A stretch of DNA of 32,000 nucleotides from Candidatus Arthromitus sp. SFB-mouse-Japan. Its GTDB lineage: Bacteria; Bacillota; Clostridia; Clostridiales; Clostridiaceae. Positions 1-9,162 of the stretch are shown here, piece by piece (within the stretch, counting starts at the first letter, position 1; the number at the start of each line of letters is the position of its first letter). The notes under the pieces were generated by a model. That model had not been told where the DNA came from, did no database searches, and saw only the letters and a program-made list of their open reading frames with translations. The translations under genes and the position numbers were made by a program. Location of the stretch: NCBI RefSeq assembly GCF_000270205.1, contig NC_015913.1:1530001-1562000 (forward strand). Reading direction: 5' to 3'.

Positions 1-162
1 CTCATCATTAACATACTTCATTCCTATAACACACTTACTATACTCAATACCTCTCGATGTTTCAACAATAACATTATCTCCAACTTTTACCTCAAATTCC
101 TCACATGAAAAATAATATATCTTACCAACATCTTTAAATCTAGCTCCTATTACGCATCTCAT
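1..162 (-). CDS. yaaT: PSP1-domain protein YaaT/RicT, N-terminal fragment (the gene continues past the window's left edge)
   Basis: Hand translation of the minus strand from the ATG at 162 gives MRCVIGARFKDVGKIYYFSCEEFEVKVGDNVIVETSRGIEYSKCVIGMKYVNDE. This closely resembles the YaaT N-terminus (VIGVRFKKAGKIYYF...VIVETxRGxEYG). The ATG overlaps the holB TGA stop by 1 nt, and holB-yaaT synteny matches Bacillus. Confidence 0.8.
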   Translation of the reverse strand, partial: MRCVIGARFKDVGKIYYFSCEEFEVKVGDNVIVETSRGIEYSKCVIGMKYVNDE

Positions 163-980
163 CAGTCTCCTCCAATCCTAAATATAAATAACCTAAGACT
201 TAATCCAAAATTAATATTTAAATTAACCCTAGATTTAAATTTCTCTAACTCAAAAATACTTTTATCTATATTAAAATAATTTAACAAATTACCTAACTCT
301 AAAATATATCCTAAAAATTTATCATTAGAAATTATATCAGTATCTTTCATTTTAATATATATAAATAAATCCCTAATAAATATGTACATCATATCCGTTA
401 TTAAATCCAATTTATTTTTATATGCAACTAAACTATTAATATTTTCGCTGAAATTATTAAACTTAAACATTCTAAAATTAATTAATGAATTTATTAATAA
501 TTCATATATTTTTTCAGAATCTTCTCCACCATATATACGTCCAAAATTATTCTCGCTAGATTTTAAAATTGAATTGAAATTAATAACTATGCACCTAGAT
601 ATTATTGTATCCAAAATTTTATTAATATCATTAAGAATCAATACTATAAATACATTTTTACTTTGATCTTCCAGTGTTTTTAAAATAGCATTCTGAGCTT
701 CCACACTCATTCTCTCAGAATTACTTATTAAGACTACTTTATTTTTATGATAAATAGACTTTTTAATCACCTCAGATTTAATAAACCTAATATCATTTAT
801 AGTAATAGATTTAATGTTATTTCCCAAAAATATTATACTGTCCATAATATTTGTTTTACTTCCAATAACCCTATATGCAAATTCCAAGGAAAATTTATTT
901 ATTAACTCTATATCATCACCAAAAAAAATATATGATTGTGATAATCCTAAGTTATTAAAAATTTCATCTAATATCTTCAT
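162..980 (-). CDS. holB: DNA polymerase III delta-prime subunit (divergent, short)
   Basis: 272 aa. Clamp-loader motifs EAQNAILKTLED and TIISRC (SRC motif) are present. There is no P-loop, as is typical for delta-prime. It lies between tmk and yaaT, as in Bacillus and Clostridium. Confidence 0.8.
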   Translation of the reverse strand: MKILDEIFNNLGLSQSYIFFGDDIELINKFSLEFAYRVIGSKTNIMDSIIFLGNNIKSITINDIRFIKSEVIKKSIYHKNKVVLISNSERMSVEAQNAILKTLEDQSKNVFIVLILNDINKILDTIISRCIVINFNSILKSSENNFGRIYGGEDSEKIYELLINSLINFRMFKFNNFSENINSLVAYKNKLDLITDMMYIFIRDLFIYIKMKDTDIISNDKFLGYILELGNLLNYFNIDKSIFELEKFKSRVNLNINFGLSLRLFIFRIGGD

Positions 981-985
981 AATAT

Positions 986-1633
986 TCAGCCTTTATATCC
1001 AATTTTATTCAGAATCTTACTGTATATCTTTTCATTTATACTTTGTATTGAAAATAAACTTTTCCCATCATCACATTCTATATTAATAAAATCATACATA
1101 CTACATACATACTGAGCAGTTTTATAACACTTAATTATAAAATCATAATCTTTCTCATAGATATCTTTATTATTTCTCTTCTTTATCATATCTAAATTTA
1201 TATCCAATGATAAATTCATAAAAAACGTCATATTTTCTTTAGGTAAACCACATATATCATATTCAAATTCTAACACCCATTTAAAAAACTTGTCTCTATC
1301 ATCTTCATTATCTATAAGACTTCCTTGATATATTAAGTTTGAATATATATATCTATCACATAATATAAAATACCCTTCATCTATGTATCCACTCATTTCC
1401 CTCTTATATACCCCAAATCTATCTAATCCAAAAAATGTAGAAATTAAATATGGATTCAAATTATTCCCAAAATCACCATTTAAATACTCTTTAACAAACA
1501 AAGAATACTTATTACAATAATTTGGAAATTCTATTCTTATAGTTTTTAATCCTATATCATTTAATCTCTTCTCTATTAATTTTGTTTGGGTCTCTTTACC
1601 ACTACCATCTAATCCCTCGAACACTATTATCAT
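986..1633 (-). CDS. tmk: Thymidylate kinase
   Basis: 215 aa with P-loop FEGLDGSGKETQ and a CDRY motif. Its ATG overlaps the upstream decarboxylase stop (ATGA). Confidence 0.9.
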   Translation of the reverse strand: MIIVFEGLDGSGKETQTKLIEKRLNDIGLKTIRIEFPNYCNKYSLFVKEYLNGDFGNNLNPYLISTFFGLDRFGVYKREMSGYIDEGYFILCDRYIYSNLIYQGSLIDNEDDRDKFFKWVLEFEYDICGLPKENMTFFMNLSLDINLDMIKKRNNKDIYEKDYDFIIKCYKTAQYVCSMYDFINIECDDGKSLFSIQSINEKIYSKILNKIGYKG

Positions 1634-3084
1634 TGCTTAATATTCTCCTCTAATACTTTTAAATATTTCCCATCAAATACACCATTTACTCTACAGTTTA
1701 ATTTTAAATACTCAAAAATAACTTCCATATGTTTACTTTCTATATATTCACCTCTTACAATTATAGGAGTACCTGGGGGATATAAAAATATATCATTAAA
1801 TGCTACCTTTCCAACACATTTTTCTATTTCTAAAAATTCATAAGGTTTATGTAGTATTTCATAAGGCTCAAATACCTTTATGATATCTAAATCATAAATC
1901 TTAGGAAATATTTCAAATATATTATTTATATACTCATTTCCCTTAAACTCATTGATACTATAATATAATTTTTGAAAATCATTCTTTTTACTACAATAAG
2001 TTGGTATTAATACAATACCATTAAAATACGTCATCTCACACACAATCTTTTTCTTTAATAGATAATTGTATAAATCGTTAGAAGACATATTCCCATATTT
2101 AAACTTTAAACATAATCTTGAATCATCATACAGAAAATTACTATTACTTCTATTAATTATACAATTATTATCTATTCCTATTATCTCACAATCCACTAAT
2201 AATTCTCTAAAATTATCACACTCATCGACATAACTATATCCTATATTTTTATATTTTACACAATCATCTAAACCTTTTTCTAAAGACATTAATATAAGAT
2301 ATGATGGACTAGTAGTGGTAAATATACAAAAATATTCATCTACCTTACTTATTAGATCACTCTTATTAACATGCAAATACGCTCCCTGTGTAAGAGATGC
2401 AAGAGTCTTGTGTGCACTCATAACACTAATATCACAAAATTTGTTTACACAATCAATCTTTTTATTAAAAGCCTTTATATGTGCACCATGTGCACCATCT
2501 ATCAATAGTAAAATATTTCTCTTTTTTAAATAAGAATAAATTCCTTTTTGATCCACATATATCCCATAATAATTTGGATTTGTTAAAACAACACCTCTTA
2601 CATTCTTATTATTTTCAATGATATTAACTATATCACTAAAAATAATATCCTTCTCATTATAATCTATAAATGAGAATTTGTCTGGCATTAATAAATCTAC
2701 GTTATATTTATCTCTATTTACATATAAAACTTTAAGCTTTCTTAAAATAAGAGCATTTATAACGCTTTTATGACATCCTCGTTCAACTAAAATCGTATCT
2801 CCTTCATCAAAACAGCTAAAAAACATAATATGTATTCCACTTGTTGACCCATTTACTAAATAATAAGATTTCTTACTCTCATAAAATTTACTCAAATTAT
2901 TTAACGAATCATTTATACATTCATATGGATTATGCAGATTATCAAGCCCCTCAATCTCCGTTAAATCATATTTAAATAAATTTTCTGTGTAATTATATCC
3001 ATTCCCTTGTTTATGTCCAGGTGTAGTAAAAAATGAATATTCTTCACCCAAATATCTTTCTATAGATTTAATTAGTTCTCCCAC
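1630..3084 (-). CDS. PLP-dependent Orn/Lys/Arg decarboxylase family protein (YaaO/SpeA-like)
   Basis: 484 aa with FTTPGHKQG near the N-terminus and the PLP-lysine motif SAHKTL. Likely GTG start at 3084, preceded by AGGAGA. It sits upstream of tmk, like B. subtilis yaaO. Confidence 0.85.
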   Translation of the reverse strand: MGELIKSIERYLGEEYSFFTTPGHKQGNGYNYTENLFKYDLTEIEGLDNLHNPYECINDSLNNLSKFYESKKSYYLVNGSTSGIHIMFFSCFDEGDTILVERGCHKSVINALILRKLKVLYVNRDKYNVDLLMPDKFSFIDYNEKDIIFSDIVNIIENNKNVRGVVLTNPNYYGIYVDQKGIYSYLKKRNILLLIDGAHGAHIKAFNKKIDCVNKFCDISVMSAHKTLASLTQGAYLHVNKSDLISKVDEYFCIFTTTSPSYLILMSLEKGLDDCVKYKNIGYSYVDECDNFRELLVDCEIIGIDNNCIINRSNSNFLYDDSRLCLKFKYGNMSSNDLYNYLLKKKIVCEMTYFNGIVLIPTYCSKKNDFQKLYYSINEFKGNEYINNIFEIFPKIYDLDIIKVFEPYEILHKPYEFLEIEKCVGKVAFNDIFLYPPGTPIIVRGEYIESKHMEVIFEYLKLNCRVNGVFDGKYLKVLEENIKQ

Positions 3085-3163
3085 ATAATTCTCCTATTTT
3101 AAAAATTATTATTATTTGATATACTTCTATATATCTTAAATTTTTTATTCTAGGGGATTTTAA

Positions 3164-4096
3164 ATGATTTGTATATATAAAACTTCAAACAATATTCTTG
3201 AAAGAATCGATAATATTGAATCTGGTTGCTGGATAAATATCGTTCAACCATCCGAACAAGAACTTCTATTCATATCAAAAAAAACAGATATATCTCTTGA
3301 TCTCTTAAACGCAGCACTTGATGAAGAAGAAACTTCAAGGATAGATGTTGAGCTATCAAATATTTTAATAATAGTAGATGTACCATTTACTAGCATAGAA
3401 GAAAATTCATTAACATATGGTACATATCCTCTAGGCATAATTTCAAACGATAATTACATAGTCACTATATCTATTAAAAAAAATAAGGTTATATCTGATT
3501 TCATAGATGGTAAAATTAAGAATTTTTACACAAATAAGCGCCCTAGATTCACACTTCAAATATTAAATAAAATAACAACTTATTTCCTCCTCTATCTAAG
3601 ACAAATTGATAAGAAAAGCCAACTTATTCATAACAAAATACATAAATCAATGAAAAACAAAGAACTCATACAATTATTATCATTAGAAAAATCTCTTGTA
3701 TATTTTTCAACATCTCTAAAATCTAATGAAATGACCTTAGAAAAATTGCTTAAATACGATTTTATACAGAAATATGAAGAGGATAAACACCTACTCGAAG
3801 ATGTTATTATTGATAACAAACAAGCCATTGAAATGGCTCATATATATGCAAGTGTCCTATCAAGTCTTCTTGAATTCTTCGCTGCACTTATATCTAACAA
3901 TTTAAATATGGTTATGAAATTTCTTGCTTCTATGACTATAGTTATATCAGTTCCATCTATAATTTTTACCATGTGGGGATCAAATGTACCCCTCCCTTTT
4001 GCAAACAATCCATTTGGATTCTTAATACTTTTACTTATAGCTCTACTATTATCTTCAATAATTGCCATTATTCTCTATAAAAAAGGCATGTTTTAG
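3164..4096 (+). CDS. CorA-family (2-TM-GxN) divalent cation channel with GSN in place of GMN
   Basis: 310 aa with CorA-like cytoplasmic domain length and two C-terminal TM helices. The signature position reads FTMWGSNVPLPF, confirmed by translating 3962-4021. GGGGA lies 8 nt upstream of the ATG. Confidence 0.8.
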   Translation: MICIYKTSNNILERIDNIESGCWINIVQPSEQELLFISKKTDISLDLLNAALDEEETSRIDVELSNILIIVDVPFTSIEENSLTYGTYPLGIISNDNYIVTISIKKNKVISDFIDGKIKNFYTNKRPRFTLQILNKITTYFLLYLRQIDKKSQLIHNKIHKSMKNKELIQLLSLEKSLVYFSTSLKSNEMTLEKLLKYDFIQKYEEDKHLLEDVIIDNKQAIEMAHIYASVLSSLLEFFAALISNNLNMVMKFLASMTIVISVPSIIFTMWGSNVPLPFANNPFGFLILLLIALLLSSIIAIILYKKGMF

Positions 4097-4149
4097 TATT
4101 TAATTAAATATATCTATTAATAAATTTCAGTTTTAAATTGGAGGTTATA

Positions 4150-5070
4150 ATGGCTATTCCCTGCAAAAAATTAATTTTCGGAGATAAAATATCTGTTATC
4201 TCTCCTTCCTCTCCATCTTCGAAAGAAACCATCAAAAATGCTCTTAATTTACTTAAATCTCTTAATTTCGATTACAAAATATATGATCATCTATACGATG
4301 ATATTGGATACCTAGCAGGACTCGATATCCATAGAGCTAAAGACTTCAATAATGCATTAAAAGACAAAGAAACTAACGCAATAATATGTTTAAGAGGGGG
4401 ATATGGAACCCTTCGTATTATGGATCTCATAGAATGGTCATTATATAAAAAAAATCCCAAGATATTCATGGGATTTAGCGATATCACACCAATTTTAAAT
4501 TATATATTTAAAAAATTCAATATAATTACATTTCACTCACCTATGTTAACATCAAATCTAATGGATGAACACTCTAGAGATAGTTTAATAAACTCTATTA
4601 CAATTCAAAAAAGCAATTACTTTATCAAAAATCCAGAAAATATATCTCTTAAATCCTTCCCTTCTAACAAAAATATAGTCACAGGAAACATAATAGGTGG
4701 GAACTTATCACTCATATGTTCTACAATATCAACAAAATATGAAATACCGTTTAAAAATAATATTCTGTTTATTGAAGAAATAAATGAATCTCCTTATAAA
4801 GTGGATAGAATGTTATCCCATCTCTATTTAAGCGGTAAAATTCAAAAGTGTTCAGGAATAATATTGGGTCAGTTCACAGATTGTAAAGATGACAATGGTG
4901 TAAACATAGAAGATCTTCTTCTGGAAAAATTACGTTTATTTAAAAAACCTTGCATATACAACCTATGTGCAGGACATGGTTCTCCAAGACTCACTATACC
5001 AATAGGAGCCCGTGCAAGAATTAATACTAATAATTCAACTATTGAAATACTAAAAAGTGTAGTAATATAA
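4150..5070 (+). CDS. ldcA: LD-carboxypeptidase (peptidase S66, muramoyltetrapeptide carboxypeptidase-like)
   Basis: S66 motifs are present: RGGYGT, nucleophile GFSD, GGNLS, FIEE and CAGHG. The track ORF begins at TTG 4138, but that codon is part of the GGAGG Shine-Dalgarno for the ATG at 4150. Confidence 0.85.
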   Translation: MAIPCKKLIFGDKISVISPSSPSSKETIKNALNLLKSLNFDYKIYDHLYDDIGYLAGLDIHRAKDFNNALKDKETNAIICLRGGYGTLRIMDLIEWSLYKKNPKIFMGFSDITPILNYIFKKFNIITFHSPMLTSNLMDEHSRDSLINSITIQKSNYFIKNPENISLKSFPSNKNIVTGNIIGGNLSLICSTISTKYEIPFKNNILFIEEINESPYKVDRMLSHLYLSGKIQKCSGIILGQFTDCKDDNGVNIEDLLLEKLRLFKKPCIYNLCAGHGSPRLTIPIGARARINTNNSTIEILKSVVI

Positions 5071-5085
5071 AACACATTAAAATTA

Positions 5086-5116
5086 AAGTAGATATTTAAA
5101 ATATCTACTTTTTTAT
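5086..5116 (+). terminator. Rho-independent terminator after ldcA
   Basis: Perfect 10-bp stem AAGTAGATAT / ATATCTACTT with a 5-nt loop, followed by TTTTAT. Confidence 0.75.
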
Positions 5117-5181
5117 ATACCCATTTAAATAATTTTATAATATAATATCGTTATCTCTTGCATTATTTTGTCGGAGGATAT

Positions 5182-6573
5182 ATGAGACAGGATTTTAAAG
5201 ACTTTAAAACTAATATTAAAAACAAACACGTTGCAATCGTTGGATTAGGTATAAGTAATATTCCATTAATAAATTTTTTATCTAAATTAGGTTGCAAAAT
5301 CACTCTATTTGATAGGAAAGATATTGAAAATTTTTCGAATTTGGAAATAAAATCATTCAATAAACTAAACATTAAATTTGTATTTGGAAAAAATTATCTA
5401 AATTACATTAATAATTTCGATTATATATTTAAGACTCCTTCTATTAGGTCTGATATTTTAGAGTTCGAAAATGCTAAAAAAAACGGTTCTATAATAACCT
5501 CCGAAATAGAAGAACTCCTTAGGTATTGTCCATCAAAAATATATGGTGTGACAGGAAGTGATGGAAAAACTACCACTACTAGTATTTTATATAACTTATT
5601 AAAAAACTCAGGATATAAAACATGGGTTGGAGGTAATATAGGATTCCCTTTATTTAGCAAAATTGAAGAAATGAGAGAAGATGATAAAGTTGTCTTAGAA
5701 CTATCTAGTTTTCAACTTATGAACATAAATATATCTCCTGATGTATCTATAATAACAAATATATCTCCTAATCATTTGGATTATCATAAGGACATGAATG
5801 AATATATCGATTGTAAGAAAAACATATTTAGATTTCAAGATGATAATAGCATTACAATATTAAATAGAGATTGTTCTATTACTAATTCCTTTGATAAAGA
5901 ATTAAATGGAAGATCTAGAAAGTTTTCTATTAATCATTTCGATGATAAAGAAGTTATAAAAAATGGTTCATATTTAAAAAATGATGAGCTCTATGTATTA
6001 AACCAAAGAATACTTCACAAAAATGATCTAAAAATTAAAGGTGATCACAATATGTTAAACTTTGCAGCTGCAATACTTGCAACAATACCTGATATATCTT
6101 ACTCTACAATTAAAAATTTTGCTAAAGAATTCAGTGGGGTAAAACATAGAAATGAATTTGTCGATACAATAAATAACATACATTTTTATAATGATTCCAT
6201 AGCCTCAACTCCTACACGTACTCTTGCTACCTTATCGTGTTTTGATCAAAAAGTCATTCTAATTGCCGGAGGATATGATAAAAACATTTCCTATGTTCCG
6301 TTATTAAATGGTTATGATAAGATTAAAAAACTCTACCTAATAGGCGCAACTAAACAAAAAATATACGATGTATTTAAAAAATACTCTTCTGATATAGAAA
6401 TAATCATATTTAATGATTTTAATGAACTCGTTTCACATGCATATAAAAATGCATGTGAAAATGATGTTATACTTCTATCACCAGCTTCGGCAAGCTTTGA
6501 TATGTTCAAAAATTTTGAAGAACGAGGAGATAAATTTAAAGAAATCATCCAAAAAATAAAAGCTAGTAAATAA
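5182..6573 (+). CDS. murD: UDP-N-acetylmuramoyl-L-alanine--D-glutamate ligase (MurD-type Mur ligase)
   Basis: Contains N-terminal VAIVGLGISN, P-loop GVTGSDGKTTT, NISPNHLDYH, KHRNE, and C-terminal SPASASFDMFKNFEERG. The ATG at 5182 is preceded by GGAGGA; the track start at TTG 5158 is unlikely. Confidence 0.85.
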   Translation: MRQDFKDFKTNIKNKHVAIVGLGISNIPLINFLSKLGCKITLFDRKDIENFSNLEIKSFNKLNIKFVFGKNYLNYINNFDYIFKTPSIRSDILEFENAKKNGSIITSEIEELLRYCPSKIYGVTGSDGKTTTTSILYNLLKNSGYKTWVGGNIGFPLFSKIEEMREDDKVVLELSSFQLMNINISPDVSIITNISPNHLDYHKDMNEYIDCKKNIFRFQDDNSITILNRDCSITNSFDKELNGRSRKFSINHFDDKEVIKNGSYLKNDELYVLNQRILHKNDLKIKGDHNMLNFAAAILATIPDISYSTIKNFAKEFSGVKHRNEFVDTINNIHFYNDSIASTPTRTLATLSCFDQKVILIAGGYDKNISYVPLLNGYDKIKKLYLIGATKQKIYDVFKKYSSDIEIIIFNDFNELVSHAYKNACENDVILLSPASASFDMFKNFEERGDKFKEIIQKIKASK

Positions 6574-6596
6574 AAATTTACTAGCTTTTATTAAAA
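6551..6596. terminator. Bidirectional terminator shared by convergent murD and glyQS
   Basis: Perfect 14-bp stem TAAAAGCTAGTAAA (6557-6570) / TTTACTAGCTTTTA (6577-6590). The murD TAA stop lies in the loop. An A6 run on one side and a T-rich run on the other supply U-tracts in both orientations. Confidence 0.75.
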
Positions 6597-7976
6597 TTCA
6601 AATTTAAGATTAAAATATTCATCCAAACAATCTATATTAATCCTAACTTGATCCATTGTATCTCTATCTCTAATGGTTACACTATTATCTTCAAGCGAAT
6701 CAAAATCAATAGTTACACAATAAGGAGTTCCTATCTCATCTTGTCTTCTATATCTCTTACCTATAGCTCCTGATTCATCATACTCACAATTATATTTTTT
6801 ACTCAATTTTTCGTAAACTATCATAGCTTTATCAGATAATTTTTTTGATAAAGGTAATACACCAATTTTTACAGGAGCTATAGCTGGGTGAAATCTCAAA
6901 ACTGTACGAATATCACCATCTTTTATATATTCCTCATCATATGCACTACACATTACGCTCAAAAGAAGTCTATCAACTCCAAGAGATGGCTCTATACAAT
7001 AAGGAATATATTTTTCATTTAATTCTTGGTCAAAATATGTAAGATCCTCCGATGAATGATTCATATGTGCTTTTAAATCGTAATCCGTTCTATCAGCAAT
7101 TCCCCATAACTCACCAAATCCAAAAGGAAATTTAAACTCAATATCAGTTGTAGCATTTGAATAAAATGAAAGCTCTTCCCTAGAATGATCCCTAATTCTC
7201 AATTCTTCTTCCTTTATTCCAAGATCTCTTAAAAATTTTAAACAATACTCTCTCCAATATTCAAACCAATTTAAATCCTCACCAGGTTTACAAAAAAACT
7301 CAAGCTCCATTTGTTCAAATTCTCTAGTTCTAAATATAAAATTCCCTGGAGTTATCTCATTTCTAAAACTCTTACCAATTTGAGCTATTCCAAAAGGAAG
7401 CTTTTTTCTTGAACTTCTGAGTACATTTTTAAAATTAACAAATATCCCTTGAGCAGTCTCAGGTCTTAAATAAATTTCAGCCTTATTATCCTCAGTAACA
7501 CCTTGAAATGTCTTAAACATCAAATTAAAACTTCTTATATCCGTATAGTTCTTCTCCCCACACTTAGGACAAACTATATTTTCATCATCTATAATTTTCT
7601 TTAACTCTTCTTTAGAATAACCATCAATTCCAAGAATCTCACGTCCACTGTCTATAAAATAATCATCTATTAATTTATCTGCCCTAAATCTACTCTTACA
7701 TTCCTTACAATCCATAAGAGGATCAGAAAATCCACCAATATGACCAGATGCTATCCAAACCTCTTTATTCATTAAAATAGCAGAATCAAGCCCAACATTA
7801 TATTGACTTTCATATACAAATCTTTTCCACCAAGCCTTCTTTAAATTATTCTTAATTTCAACTCCTAACGGACCATAATCCCAAGAATTTGCAAGTCCAC
7901 CATATATCTCAGATCCCTGAAATATAAATCCCCTGTTTTTACATAATGATAGAATTTTTTCCATTGAAACGTCCAT
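6591..7976 (-). CDS. glyQS: Glycine--tRNA ligase (homodimeric class II, GlyQS type)
   Basis: N-terminal [24 protein letters not shown], with class II motifs throughout. The probable ATG at 7976 follows GGAGGA. The track start at TTG 7988 is the SD region read as codons. Confidence 0.9.
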   Translation of the reverse strand: MDVSMEKILSLCKNRGFIFQGSEIYGGLANSWDYGPLGVEIKNNLKKAWWKRFVYESQYNVGLDSAILMNKEVWIASGHIGGFSDPLMDCKECKSRFRADKLIDDYFIDSGREILGIDGYSKEELKKIIDDENIVCPKCGEKNYTDIRSFNLMFKTFQGVTEDNKAEIYLRPETAQGIFVNFKNVLRSSRKKLPFGIAQIGKSFRNEITPGNFIFRTREFEQMELEFFCKPGEDLNWFEYWREYCLKFLRDLGIKEEELRIRDHSREELSFYSNATTDIEFKFPFGFGELWGIADRTDYDLKAHMNHSSEDLTYFDQELNEKYIPYCIEPSLGVDRLLLSVMCSAYDEEYIKDGDIRTVLRFHPAIAPVKIGVLPLSKKLSDKAMIVYEKLSKKYNCEYDESGAIGKRYRRQDEIGTPYCVTIDFDSLEDNSVTIRDRDTMDQVRINIDCLDEYFNLKFEF

Positions 7977-8067
7977 AATTTCCTCCAATAATAAGCATTC
8001 CCTTTATTATAACAAAAATATATAAATTAAAAAATATAAATTAAAAAATATGCACTTAAACCATTAT

Positions 8068-9162
8068 CTATAATTCTATATCCTTATCTCTGCTTATAGA
8101 TAGATCATACAAATTATCTTTAAACATTTCATGTATAGTGGTTCTTATAGCTCTTGCTCCTAATGGATGATTCAAACATTTATCTACAATATTTTTGATT
8201 ACTTCTTTTTTTATTTTTATAGATTTCCCCATCAAACTAAAATAATTTATAACTTCTCGTTCAAGCTCTATTTCTGTTATAGCTATTAAATTCTCTTTAG
8301 TTAACGCATTTAGACAAACAATTAAAGGAAATCTTCCTATAAATTCACTAAGTATTCCATAATTAATAACATCCTCAAGTTTAACATAACGTCTTAAGTC
8401 ATCTACTTCTAAATTATAATTGTAATTGCTATTTTCTTTAAAACCAAATATTTTTTTAAAACTTCTCTCTCTAACATACCTCTCAATTCCTGTAAATGCA
8501 CCTCCACCTATGAAAAGGATATTTTTTGTATCAACCTCTATAGTTTCATTATCATCAGTTTGTATTCTAACTATTGTTCCTTCAAGCATCTTAAGAAGAT
8601 TTTGCTGAACACCTTCTCCAGATACATCCTTAGCCTCTCCATTTTGTCCGCTTTTTGAAATCTTATCTATCTCATCTATAAACACAATTCCATACTCCGC
8701 AATCTTAACATCACCATTAGCCTCTTTAAGTAAATTTTTTATAATATCATATACATTTAATCCAACATATCCAACCTGAGTGTACGCAGTAATATCAACC
8801 TCAACAAATGGAAGCTTGACTATCTCAGATAAACTTTTAATAAGAAGAGTCTTACCACTACCACTGGGTCCGATAAGCATAATATTTCCTTTGTTTAAAT
8901 TTAATATATTAGAATTTTTAATCCTAAGTATATGTCTATACATCTCAAAAGACAATACCTTCTTTGCATAATCCTGTCCTATAACTTTTTTATCAAGCTC
9001 TCTTTTTATTTCATTTGGGTATATTATGTCTATCTGTACCTCAGACAACTCACTAAAAAATAATACCTCACAATCCTTACAAAGAACTAAATCATTATTA
9101 TTAGAATCATTTCTCACAACATATGTTTCAGTTTCCTTAAGACAACACATGCACTTTCTCAT
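8068..9162 (-). CDS. Compact ClpX-like AAA+ unfoldase with an N-terminal zinc ribbon and no RKH loop
   Basis: 364 aa. Motifs present are CxxC...CxxC (CMCC...CKDC), Walker A GPSGSGKT, pore-1 GYVG and Walker B IVFIDEIDK. DVSGEGVQQNLLKMLEGT, an FGF tripeptide at the IGF-loop position, EFIGRFP and sensor-2 GARAIR are also present. Confidence 0.75.
   Translation of the reverse strand: MRKCMCCLKETETYVVRNDSNNNDLVLCKDCEVLFFSELSEVQIDIIYPNEIKRELDKKVIGQDYAKKVLSFEMYRHILRIKNSNILNLNKGNIMLIGPSGSGKTLLIKSLSEIVKLPFVEVDITAYTQVGYVGLNVYDIIKNLLKEANGDVKIAEYGIVFIDEIDKISKSGQNGEAKDVSGEGVQQNLLKMLEGTIVRIQTDDNETIEVDTKNILFIGGGAFTGIERYVRERSFKKIFGFKENSNYNYNLEVDDLRRYVKLEDVINYGILSEFIGRFPLIVCLNALTKENLIAITEIELEREVINYFSLMGKSIKIKKEVIKNIVDKCLNHPLGARAIRTTIHEMFKDNLYDLSISRDKDIEL

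Noticed and set aside
4138-4149. Recurrent N-terminal extensions of the type MEVIM/MEEIM in the ORF track (ldcA 4138, yabP 20942, glyQS 7988). There are similar extensions for murD, ftsH, tilS, pth, hup and the yabM-like gene.
   Set aside because: They arise because the SD context aTTGGAGGtnAtnATG is itself readable from TTG. The internal ATG with proper SD spacing and homology-consistent N-termini is the better start. This is not a shared leader peptide.
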